This document shows, one piece after another, positions 1 through 13,000 of a stretch of 64,000 nucleotides of DNA. Location: positions 37,882,001 to 37,946,000 of the forward strand of contig OZ287753.1 of the NCBI GenBank assembly GCA_965649765.1, in the 5' to 3' direction. The stretch comes from Bispira polyomma. Taxonomy: Eukaryota. Below the pieces are notes generated by a model, which ran no database searches, had not been told where the DNA came from, and saw only the letters and a list, made by a program, of their open reading frames with translations. The translations under genes were made by a program, and so were the position numbers. Positions within the stretch are counted from its first letter, which is position 1. Each line of letters starts with the position of its first letter.

Positions 1-650
1 AGTTCTGATTATCAGACCAAAAGGTCTGCCAAATCCTGTAGCTTAGCAACAACTCAGGTGGAAATCAACTAACACCTAGTCAAGCCCAATTTCCCGGAAG
101 AGTTTTTAATCTGAAGCTAGTTTCTAGGTTCCCTTCATCATAGAACTCGGCCTTTATATTTTGGACAGCCTTTCTATAGCGGTGTTTTTTTTTCAATTCA
201 AATCTTAGTTGTTTGATGTCAGATATTGACAACACGTTTTCTTGGTGAAATTCTAAGCTGAGGTTCTAGTTAATAATAGTGAAAAGTGTCATTTCGTTTT
301 TACCATTTAAGCTGAAATTTACCTTTAATTTGGAATTTCTTTGATCTTAAAAGTTGGTTTGAGTGGGGGGAGAGGGGGGGGGGTGTTAAAGTTCAAATCT
401 GATTTCTGATCTGAGTATGCTTTTATTTATCATCTAAATCTGACCTAAAATATCTCTGGGGATATTACCAGTTCAACATTTTATCATCTGATGTAATCAT
501 CATGTGACATTAGTATCTACAAAGTTCACGTTTGGTCCTACATTTTTTGACGTAAATCTGACCTGGTATCTCTGTATATTTGGAATTCAGTCTAGTCTGA
601 TCTATTCATTTCTATTACTTGATTTTACTCAAGTCTGACCTATGTGTTTC

Positions 651-770
651 AGTCTATTTCAGTCCAATGTAACTGTATTCTTTGAGTGTTCTCTCCCCAG
701 TCAAAGCTGTCTATTTCAGTCCAATGTAACTGTATTGTTTATGTGTTCTCTATTTCCCAGTCAAAGCTGT
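651..770 (+). repeat. Tandem duplication (~58-60 bp x2) that includes the exon-1 acceptor
   Basis: gtctatttcagtccaatgtaactgtatt...cccagtcaaagctgt occurs twice. Confidence 0.85.
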
Positions 771-1081
771 TCTGTGTGAGGTTCTCAGCGTCCTTGGAGA
801 CAGAAGAAGTAGTAGTCGCATATCCGGACACGCACAAGAGCAGATTCTGATTTTTTCGTTTGCGAAGACAAGACCAGTACGTCAAGATGTCGTCAGGAAT
901 CTCGACCACAGACCCAGATTTTCAGTATCTGGGTGTGGACAGGAAGGCTCTGATTGCCGAGCAGAAGCCTTTCGATGGCAAGAAGAACTGCTGGGTGCCC
1001 GACGATAAAGAGGGCTACATGAGGGGTGAGATCGAGAGCACCAAGGGAGACATCGTCACTGTGAGGAAGGAGAACATGTCG
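761..1081 (+). CDS. Mhc: Mhc exon 1 (5'UTR from ~761, coding 887-1081; [20 protein letters not shown]...KENMS)
   Basis: Acceptor tttcccag at 760, aagATG at 887, donor TCG|gtaagg at 1082. The promoter and any non-coding first exon probably lie upstream of the window. Confidence 0.9.
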
Positions 1082-4000
1082 GTAAGGACGGGGGCTGGAC
1101 ACTAAGTAAAAATCTGAAATCAGGCAGCTTAAGACAGGTTATATACTAGCTAAATCTGAAAACAAGCAAACATTCTTAGAATTTTTTTGTTTAACCCAAT
1201 CAGATCTTTGAAAAAAACATTCTCAGACAATCAAATTGCTTGAGACAAAAAAAATTAATACTAAGAATCTTTAGAATACCATGCCTGGTTAGGACATGTT
1301 AGTATGGTTAGGACATTTTAGGCAATGTGGCTGTGAACGAGAAAAGGGTTCAGTGAGGTAGGCTGATGTATAGAAGATTTTTGAAAGGCTTTCTGATGGA
1401 GAGTAACTAGTGGGATGGTTCTAATGTGTAGAGGTAAATAATTCCAAAAAGAGGGAGGACAGTAGATGAACGACTTTGTAAAGTACTTTTGAGACTTGTA
1501 GAGGCTTCTACCAAACTTAGAAACCTTAAGAAGCTTAAGCTCTCGACAACTGTGTCTGATGTTTCTGGCAGATATGCAAGAGTTGGGGGTATCCTCAATG
1601 TAGTACACTGGTTGACTATATAGTTAAGAGTATTGTATGTAACCAGGCTAGTTTTGAACTTGCATCTACATTTAGTGGGAGTTTGAGATGCCTGACGAGA
1701 TGATGACCAGTCAGGGTTTCTATATATGGGTATATGGTGTTTAGCCTTGCATAAGGCCCCTGGTTGCATTCGAATACTGACTTTGGATTTTACAGTCTGC
1801 TACTTAGATTTTCACACATTTTTGACTGTGTAATAGTAATATCACACAGCTCACACGTCAGTATTTTTGGCTTGGTGAAATTAGTTAAGCTTTTGTGTGT
1901 CAAATATTAATTGCATTTTTTTTAAAGTTTGATAATGATCTTACATACAACAAATTGTGTCTTTTCGATGTTAATCTATTATATTACTAATGTTGATATT
2001 CTTCTGGCACTGACCAATGACCTATGCCTTCTGATAGATGTTTAAGTATTGCCTTAGAATCCTGCTTTAGTGATAACAAAGAGATATTATAATTATGTTT
2101 CCTTAAAGTTTGGACTTTTAAATAATAAAACAGTAATGTATGTCAAGGATAATACGTTTCTGTAGTTTGTCTTATGATACAATATATACATGATCATTTA
2201 TATTTCATAATATATCATATATAAAAATATGTGTATTAGTGATTAAACCATTCTTTATATCATCCATTGCTGTCCCTCTCGCCCCCATTTTTCAAAGACT
2301 GTGGAGCTGCCCAAAGAAAAGATTGAACAGATGAACCCCCCTAAGTTTGACATGGCTGAGGACATGGCTAACATGACCTACCTGAACGAAGCCAGTGTCA
2401 TGGGCAATCTACGTGCTCGCTATGTGAAACTGTTGATTTATGTGAGTAAACAGAGCCGAGAGAGAGATGACATAGAGAGTGGCTAACCAATGTGAAAGGA
2501 ATGCGCCTTCCTTCCAAAAGACCGATCAACCTAGTTTTGGGATGATGCTCTAAACACCACCACCCATTCCCTGTGTTCACCTGTGGACCTTGACTCCAAA
2601 AGTACCTCTCCTGTATATATCGTATATACAGATTTCCTGCCCTACACACCCTTTGTCATCCTATGGATACTCCACCTTAAAAAATCCACATATTAATGTT
2701 TTGCATATTTTCAGCACACCCATATTCTTGTCAGAAACTCAAGCTCAAACTCAGCCCAAGTGAAGGCTATGCGCCAGAGTGTATACTACTGGTCTGATCA
2801 TATATTTTGTGCAGAGCTTCCAGCACTGAATTGAAATATGCAGTCAGATTTGACTAAATTAGAATATTCTGCTGTTTACAAGATGGATTTTCTAAAAGAA
2901 AAGCCACAAAATATGTAGAAATCTTTTTGAATCAAATATGTTAAACAGTAATGTTAACATAATATTTTATATATGTACGTCGATATGAAGAATATTAGAT
3001 TGAAACTTGAGTCTGGTTTGAGTTTGACATTTTGGGAGAATACGCCCCCCAGATATCCAAGCAGTGCCTACCCTATAGCTGCCACATGCACTCCAAAAGT
3101 AGCTCTATCATGTATATATATAAAGGTGTCCCCCTTTCACCATATGAAATCAACACTACTATATGTATTGTACTGTTAACTATTTAATATCTACCCAGTG
3201 GATTTTTTTTTCAACCATAGTATTTTTTTTTTTAAATCTCAAACTTTACATCTTGTAAAACAAATTTCCAAAAAACTACTTTGAACAAACAAAAGTGGTT
3301 AGAAGTAATTTTACTTTTCGCATTTTTTACTTCAAATTCTTTGGCAAATAAATCAACAAAGTGGGTGTTCCCTGAATAGAGAATGGTACTAACCCCACCC
3401 CCTTCCAACCCAACCCTGCTTCTCCAAAACCACAAAGCGGCTGTTTCCAAGTCAGCTGATGAAGAAACCACCACCCACCCCCACCCTTATATTTATTCTC
3501 TATCATATTCTTATATATTTATATATCACAATAACCATGTGTTTTTACATGAATTATCTATTCCTGATTATCTACTCTCTTTTTTTTCAATTCTACTGTG
3601 TTTCTCCAACCTCCCATCACCTGTGTACTACCATCTACCTACCTGCCTTCCCACCTTCCTCACCACCAAAAAAAATCTATAGACTGTTGAACTGAAGAAA
3701 GACCTAATCCAACAAATGAACCCTCCCAAGTTTGATATGATTGAGGATATGGCCAACCTCACCTATTTGAATGAAGCCTCTGTGTTGAGCAACCTGAGGC
3801 AGAGATACGAGAAGATGATCATCTATGTGAGTGTCTTACTAATGTCTACTTTAGGGTAATAAATGTTACAGACCAAATGTTACATGCCAAATTGCTCAGT
3901 TCATTAAATGGGCAAGAAAACAACTTGCCAATTTCGTGAAATGAGCAAACCCAACAGCACAATTTATGAAAGAGGCAACTTTGCCCCCCAAAACACTACT

Positions 4001-7000
4001 CGCTTATTTCATGAGATGTGCACAACCTTTTGTAACATACAGTTTTCCTTCACAGAGAGGAAAAATGTAAGATATTAATTTACTATGTCTTATACAACTG
4101 TAATTTTATTTAAATTTCTTAGGTATGCCTAAGTTACGCGAATATAACCTGACCAAAGTAAAGTTTATATGTAAAAAGGTCATCATGTTATTTGTTGGCT
4201 GGTCTAAAGTCAGAAGTAATAAAGTAATTTCAGTTTTAAACCAAACACCAACAGTAATATTTTAATTTGATTTTAAAAACATATTGTGAACAGTGTGCAC
4301 ACAGTCGTTTTTTTTGTCAGAAGATTATTTTTCTCGTTTATCATGTTGTGTGCCATCGAGCTTCACAAATATAGCTACAAAAGGGGAAAAATGGCATTTT
4401 TTATAAAATAGAAGCAAATATATTACATAGCATTATGAAGAGCTTTTTGGAAAAGAGTTGATCTGATTGTAAAGAAAGAAGATAACCACATATAATAAAT
4501 GCTGTCGTACATTTGATCCATATAGACCTTATATCTTGTCTATAAAATATCCAGTACATCTGTGTGCTTTTGGTTATATTTGTTCTAGGCAATTACTACC
4601 TGTATAGAAATGAGAGAATTTATTACAGTTATCTGTTATCTTTTAATGGAGCTTTATCACTGTTTACCAGAGAGAAGTACATATATCTATGACTCATACA
4701 TATATATACAAGTAATATATATACCAGCGATAGATAAGTGTTCATCAATATAACTATAAAATTGGCATGTCTAACATTTTGCTACAAAAGTGTCTTATAT
4801 ATTGGTTAATTCAGAGCAAATAGCCCACTGAAAGTCTAGACTTAATTACCTTAAAGTTCAGAATGTTCTTTCAAAGAGAAAAATCGGCGACTGCCATGGC
4901 GTAATATGTTAGCTTGATCAATAGTACAACATATCACTACAACCTATAATATGCAGCCTTCTCGGCTCCGCTGGGAAAAAAAACACAGCAGACGGGTTTA
5001 TTTTAGGTTGTAAAGAGCAAATGGGGGAGTAAGACCTATGCCAAATCTTACAGAAGAACCTCGAGGTTTTTTAGTGGTCTGTGAAGTATTTACTTGGCTT
5101 TATGTACACCACTCAAGATAATAGTTTTCTAGTGCTCTGTTGGCCTGGAAAACTATTTGGTGAGATGTTTTTACCTGTGGCTTTATGCCTGAGGTAACGT
5201 GGTGTGCAAGGCCCGTGTCTAGGGAAAGTAACTTTGTACAGTGGTATCCAAAAGTGTTGCCAGGCCAGGTTATAAAACTTACTTGTTACAATTTTATCAT
5301 TCTTAGTCAAATAAATTAAGCCCATTGCAGATAGTGTGCAATGGCCACTGTTCAAAAACAAGAAGCTACTAGCTGTTTTTAGTGTTATAGGTTGACAAAG
5401 ATTTTTACTTAATAAGTGTTGAGTAAGATATACATTAAAACAGAGTACAGCTGGGGTGTTGAACAAGGTTGTTTAATTAGCACAGTAAAATTTTACCAAG
5501 GTCATTTGTTAACATATATAAATAGGTTCTGTGGTAACACGTCAAAGGACATATATGTCTGGAGAGAGTTTATCAGTGTTTTAAGTGACCTTGTATATGC
5601 ATGATACTTTCCTATAACTTTTCTATATTATATCTTCCCCTTCCTACAGACCTACTCTGGCCTGTTCTGTGTGGCTATCAACCCCTACAAACGTCTGCCA
5701 ATCTACACCCGTCAAGTGGTGAGCAAATACAGAGGAAAGAGGAAGAACGAGATGCCTCCTCACTTGTTCTCCATTGCTGACAATGCCTACAGCTACATGT
5801 TGCAGGATAGGGAGAACCAGTCCATGTTGATCACGTGAGTCTGCTCTCAGCCAATCCCAAAGGAGATTACATTAATCAGCAGAAGTAACATAAAGACAAA
5901 TATTTTTGACAAGAAAGAAGTAACTAGTATATGCCAATTTAGTCAATGTTTTTAGAGTATGTACCCCTTTTTTAAATAGAGAAAATTTGTACAAAAAAAA
6001 AAATTAATTCTATGAAAATATCTAAGTCCTTCTTTTGTATTTGGATAGAAAATTAAGTATTAAGAAACAAACAAACTCCACTCAATAAGCTTTTATATTT
6101 ATATACTTGTTTATTCATTCTTAGTATTTATTTTTTTTATATAATTTTATCTATGTGCAAGATAGTGAATTGAATTTAAAAAAAAAAGCTGAAAAAATTT
6201 GTCAACTTATTTTGTGATTTTATCGACTAAATTGTCGCTGTATAATAATTCTTCAGCATGTTGTCAACATTGATTCATTAAATGTCTTTTTGGCATACAA
6301 TAAAAACAGTTAACCAACATTATGATTGACCATTGTATATATCAGTACTTATTTCTATGTGTGTTACCCTTTTGGCACCACCAACCTTCCACTAACCATA
6401 CCTGTGTGTGTTGGGTGTGATCCCCCCACCTCTCAATTAAAACTATGCACAGGGGAGAGAGTGGTGCTGGAAAGACCGAAAACACTAAGAAGGTCATTCA
6501 GTACTTCGCCACCACTGCTGCGACGCTCATGACCCAACCGGGAGGAGAAGGCGCTTATGTAAGTGTCACTGTCCATATGTCAGAAATTTGACAGACTACC
6601 CCCACTGTCAGGTGTACTGGACATTTACGAAAAAAAAAAACATTTACAGAAGAGTGCTATAGTGTGTATGGTGCAAAGGCAGGGTTTTTTAACAAGGTAA
6701 AGAAAGAGGTCATGTAATCACCATTCATTAAATGGCTGGCATTCTATGGGATAAACTCTTCAAGGTCAAATTGAAATCTTCAAGTTTACAGCTATATGTA
6801 TCATCAAAATGAACTCCCATCACACAGCATTTTGAAATTCCTCAATTGACCCTTTCTTGTTGTCATCTCATTTTAAAGCTATGGCAAGCAGACTGTATAG
6901 AAATGTAAGGAATACCTCCAGAGATCTCTAGAGAGCTATTTTACTGCTAAGGTAACCATGGAGGGATTTAGTATCATTGAACCTACAAATTAAAACCCTG

Positions 7001-10000
7001 GGAAGCTGGGTATATCTGATGAAGCATTTTCCTGTCCACAGACCTATATTTCTTCCCCACTTCATTAACACTTAAATCCCTTCATACTGATAACGCCAAT
7101 GTCGGCCTAAATTACCCACATACCCTGCAAAGCCTCAACCAATATACACCTTCCCACCAATATTTGTGTATTTTCCCTTCCCATTACTCGAGCATGCCTC
7201 TGTGTAAGTCCACACAATGTATACATACAAACCATTATCATGTTCTGATATCTGCCCCCACAGTGGTGAGTCTGGTGCTGGTAAGACTGAGAACACAAAG
7301 AAGGTAATTGCTTACTTTGCCATGGTTGCTTCTGCACAAATGAAGGCTGATGCTGCCAAGGAAGAAGAAACTAAGGTAGAATCTAATCTCCCCACCTTGA
7401 TCCCCATACCTTCATATCAACAGTTTGTGTGTGCTGTGGTTTGGATATTCTGTGGACAACTGTCTTTCTCTGTCTCTCTTCCTCAACCAATTCCCAGATA
7501 TTCTAAATAAACATACATTGTCATTGTTCACTCCTCTGTTTTCTTCTGTATGCTGTACCATCCTACTATCTTTTATATATTTCTATGATCAACTGGTTTA
7601 ACCAGTTGAAGTTTTAGTCTTGTTATTTGTGGAGGGGTTTGTAGTTTTAAACCAGAACTTTCTTATATAGCTCAAAATGGATGATAATAACAAATATACA
7701 ATAATCATTGTCATGTAAGCTACTGAAGTGCATGTGTTTGGTGTGGTTTTCTTCTACTTTAAGTGTTAACCTTAATTATGATATGGTAAGGTAAAAAACT
7801 TTTGAAACAGGCCAATCATTTGTGCATGATTGCAATACATTGGAGACCAGGTACATAAAGAAACAGGAAAGGTACAATGACTTGATCAAGAAAATCTTAT
7901 GTCAACTGACTATACTTAGTGATTCTTGGTGAGTTTAAAGATTATAACTGAACAATTCATCTTATAAAGATATAATTTTAGAATTTATCATCACAATATT
8001 TCCAGAAGAACACTGACTATTCTTATATAATCTTTTGGACAAGCATCATATTTGTCTATTACTATTATTGGAGAAATCTCATATTTTATTAGAGTTACTG
8101 TATAGCTCTATATAAGGGAAGCCTATACTTTTTGTGCATGTACTGAAGTGTTTTCACAGTAATGTGAGTGAATTTCGTAAGTCTAAAACAAGCATGTAAG
8201 TTTGGTACCTTCTTTTGGAATAATTCATGGCAATTTTCTGTCATTATAAATATACAATAGTGAAAAACATCTATGTATATTCTGATCAAATATCCTTTAA
8301 AGGACCATTTTTCGGACTGAGAAAATATAGCTTTGAATTAACCTTTTCATTGTGTGGTGATTTCTTTAGATATTTATATAAATGTATAACTAGATTTCTT
8401 TTTATAATAAAAAGTAAAAGCATGAATTTAGCTATTTAATAAAGTTTTAAAAATAATAAATATATTTGTACTTTAAAACTCAACATTTCTTGATGTATAA
8501 TTGCACATAAATATATATATATTTTACCTTAAAAATATAATTTATGAAATCATAACTGATGTGTATATTCAATACTGTGTTGTATTTATTACTCTATATT
8601 ATTAACTTCTATTTTCATGAATATGCTATTCTTCTGTTTCAGTTTACAACATTGTTGCAGTAACTAGTGTTCCTTATGATGAATAAAACAAATTGTGTAT
8701 TATTTCTTGGTGGCTGAGAATGTATGAATGAATCGTTTATGCTTTCTGTTACAAAGTATATCATTATAAACATAAACTTATACAATCTTTACATAGGGCG
8801 AGAAAAAAAAGGGATTGGAAGACCAGATTGTCCTGGCTAACCCTCCCCTTGAGGCCTATGGCAATGCCAAAACAGTCAGAAACAATAACTCCTCCAGATT
8901 TGTAAGTAAAGGACACATCAGTGCTGCACATATCTCCCAGACTCCTTCCAGACATTCCAAAATCCCTACTCTCATTAATGTCACTATACCTTAACACTCT
9001 GTCTTACTTATTCGTGTTCTCTGTCAGTCCTTTTGATGGCCAATGTTACGAAAACAAGGTAAGTCAGTGACTCTATGTCACAACTATTCATCATACTCTA
9101 TCCACCACTCCTTTTTGTTTGCCTTTCTCCGAGTGATTTTGCATCCCTAGACTCTAAATATCAGTCAACTCAACATTCCACCTGAATCCCCATGTACAGT
9201 CTCTTAGCACATATATGTATATATTCTACAGTTTAGAATATATAGATGTGTCACACCTACCTTAAGTAAAAAACCTCTTTTTAAACCTCAATACCCCACA
9301 CAAGAAACCTATAGATGACCTACCGTGCACCAACCAATTTTAGTTTCAGGACCCAATCAACTGATGCTGCTGATATATGCATATCTCTACCCTCGCTTGC
9401 AATCACATGCTACCAATAATTAGTAATAGTTTACTGTATGTTGACAACCTATTCCAGGATCCTTCGGCAAAAAGGAAAAGATCCTTTAAAGACCAGAGTG
9501 TCCGGGATAACTCATCACTTTCAACAATATCAGAAACCCTGTTATTCTGTCTGTGTGATGAAACAAAAGAAACCTACCAAACCTTACCTTACAGACCTTT
9601 CCCACCTCATCTACTTCACAAACCTTATCTATTCTATGTACCCCATTCCATTTATTTTTATACTATATAACCACCGAATTGTATGTAATCAATCTTGAGT
9701 GTGTCTCCTTTCCCATTGTACCAGAATTTCTTTATAACCCTTATTTTACCAAAATATGTGTATTATCTCAGCCTTAATAAGGACATGCTTCCATGATTTC
9801 CTCTGTGTGAACCCCTTGTGCTCCACAACTTTCTATGTTAAATACAACTATGTGAAGCAGTCTCACCCTTTTAGAATAGCCAAAATGCATTTCAAAGCAA
9901 AAAAGACATTTCTTTCTTATTATGCTCTGTTATATGACTTTCAATATGAGCCATCAAATATGTGACAGTAAGCAAACGTCAATAATGAAATTTAAAAACT

Positions 10001-13000
10001 GATGTGCATTTTGGATTTCAGGCAAGATTATCATTATTCAACAACCAAAGTTTTGTGTGTTACACATACCCTGTGTTACAGTGTGATAGTTTACACATTA
10101 TACCCTTTCATTATGTTTACCATGCTGACTGAAGTTGCTCATGCTCAACAATAACATATCTGAGTAAACAAATGCTAAGTTAAGAAGCTAATCAAACCAT
10201 ATATGATATAAAGATTTATGACTATGCATTATATATATGTTCCTTTTCAAAAAATACTGAAGCAAAGTAATAATTGCGAAATGATTATTGTTGATCGTGG
10301 GCAGCAAATTACAAACTTATCAGGCTTCCCTCTTTTACCTCTATAACTGTTTAGGGCATTTTTATAGCATCTCCTTACAATTTTCTCCTACACAGGGTGG
10401 ACAGGCTTCTTTGGAAGATCAAATTATTCAGTGCAATCCATTACTAGAGGCATATGGAAATGCTAAAACAAAAAGAAACAATAATTCCTCAAGATTCGTG
10501 AGTAGCACAAGAGCCAAAATGAGAAATTGCAAAAGCGTGTGGTGTTGCATGTTGTGCGATAACTATTCATCTAAATACATGAAAGGCAGATTATGTGATG
10601 TGTGTTTTGCAGTTTGTAGAATAATCATTTTATTTTCAATTTTGGACGGAAAGACCTCCAAATGGACATGAAATCTTGAAGATGAAACCCTGTCGTATCC
10701 TCTTGATAGAGAGTGTCACCTCGACAGTGTTCTACCGAGCATGTGCTACATCATATCACAAAAATTGAAGATTTTTTTGCATGCAGTAATATTATTTATG
10801 ATTTTAAAGTTTTCAACCATTCTGTTTGCCACAAGGAACCATTCTTGATGTGACTTCAGAATAAATATTACATCCATACTCTCCAGATTTGATTGATGTG
10901 CTTTGTGTATTACATAAAAACCGTTTTTGCAGTGTAAATGTCTCATGGACCTGTCAGTATTCACAACTTTGCCAACAAAAAGTAAACTCCTATGAAGAGC
11001 GAATGATTTAACCTAAACAGACATTTAAAAGATTCAGTATTATTTTTGTCATCAAATAGCAAACATATTTTCTGCACAGAAAAAAATGCATGTACAAGAA
11101 TTGGAAAGTTGTTTAAGATAGGTCCATGCCTTGTCTCCTAAAATATTTCCAAACCCCTATTTCTCTGATGGTGTGTTTCAAATGATATACATTTTGTAAA
11201 ACCTCTACTATGTGAACTTTAATATCCAAATATTTGATCTTATGAAATCATCTCTAATTCACCTAATTCTTATTCTCCTAAACTTTATCTTCAATTTTAC
11301 AAATCCCTTGCTACCTAATATAAGAGGTTATCTTGTACATTTGTATTACCACATTAACATAAATCACCATTTAGGCATAATTATGATGTGAAGATTTTAT
11401 TCTTTGTAAAATTATTAAAATATGACATCATTTTGACACACTGTTTGAGATTTTGTGTGACATCCAAATATATAACCCCAACTCCTTTCCTATATCTTCT
11501 TGTGAATGATTCCCTCTATATCAAACAACTGAAACCATCAAGATGCCAAGATGCCAGGAATGTAAATTTCTGATCCCCCTATACCTTTTTGTAGTACACT
11601 GATGTGTGTGGTGTGTTTGCTGTGTTTCCCTTTAGGTTGGAAGCCTAGAAGACCAGATCATCCAGTGTAACCCTCTCCTTGAGGCTTATGGTAATGCTAA
11701 AACCATCAGAAACAACAATTCCTCTAGATTTGTAAGTCTGTGTGACCCTCTTTCCTTTTTGTAGAATCTTTATGTGTGTAAGCTGTTTTGTGGAGGTAAG
11801 TGTGTCATATTTTAATAGCCTTTTAAATTGTGTTTTAGTGCATGTTTCCTAGAAAATGTGAAATAACTATTGCATATGAGTATTTAAATATGGGTACAAA
11901 AAGTAATTATTGTGTCTTTCTAAAAATTTACAAATAAATTGTTGAGAAAAAGTAACATGCTTCTTTGGTTATGGATAAAACTGTTATAGATATATTTTAA
12001 ACAAGATTTTGAATTTGTTAAACTTATTGTAACGGCTTTATTTACTGTCTGTCATATATGTCATGTGTGAAGTATTATTCATAGTATTATACATATCTAT
12101 TTATATGTTCCAGGGAAAGTTCATCCGTATTCATTTTGGTCCGAATGGCAAGATTGCTGGTGCTGATATTGAAACTTGTAAGTTTTAGATATTCAAACGT
12201 ACCAGTATTTCTATCATAAAATTGTACGTGTTGTGCAACTTTATTGATTTGAAAAAATAAATTAATTTATATTTCAATGATTTACTGTTTAATCATAAAT
12301 GTAATTACATTTTCTGTGTCTGAGAAACATTTTCAGTAGTTAAACTAATATTTTTTGAAATATTGTATGTATTATTAAAATTTAACAAGTAATGAAATCA
12401 GTTAATGCTGGTGCCCCCAAACTGATGAATTGAGAAGACAATAAAGCAAGGTAACCTTTCTTGATAGTGTGTCACCTGGGTTTAATATTTTTATGTGTTA
12501 GGCACCGATTTCCATTCTTTTGTGTGACTCTTAGAGACTAGAAATAGTCCTGATGCACTTTGTATACCTGGTTTTCTTTCAAAAATCGTCTTTTTTACAA
12601 CCTGTTATGTTGACCCACTTGTACTGACCCATTGCATATTCCTAAGCTTTCTCCAAATCTATTTTTATCATTTTAACCCTTCCTGCTCCCAAATCCTGCT
12701 CAAAATGTATGTACCTATTTTTCATCCTTAAGCCCTTATTTCCCCTAACTTTTTATCCAACACGTCTTTCACTATGACTGAACATCCGATTCCATTTAGT
12801 TATACTATGTATATATCATTCCCATTTCTGTAACATAAACTTCGCCCTGTGTTGTCTCCCTGTGTTGTCTTCCTGTTTTCTTATTCAATGTTATACCTAC
12901 ATTTTCCTCCTGTTCCATACATTACAATCTATCTTAGGGCATCCTGTTGTAAACCAGTATCCTTCAGTTATTTCTTCCCTTTTCTGTATTTTTCCTTAGC

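Noticed and set aside
1-650. Main Mhc promoter
   Set aside because: No convincing core-promoter elements; the acceptor at 760 suggests this is intronic and the TSS lies upstream of the window.
12400-12456. Alternative exon 6 (gctggtgcc...aag|gtaacc)
   Set aside because: No GKFIRIHF similarity, wrong length, in-frame stop.
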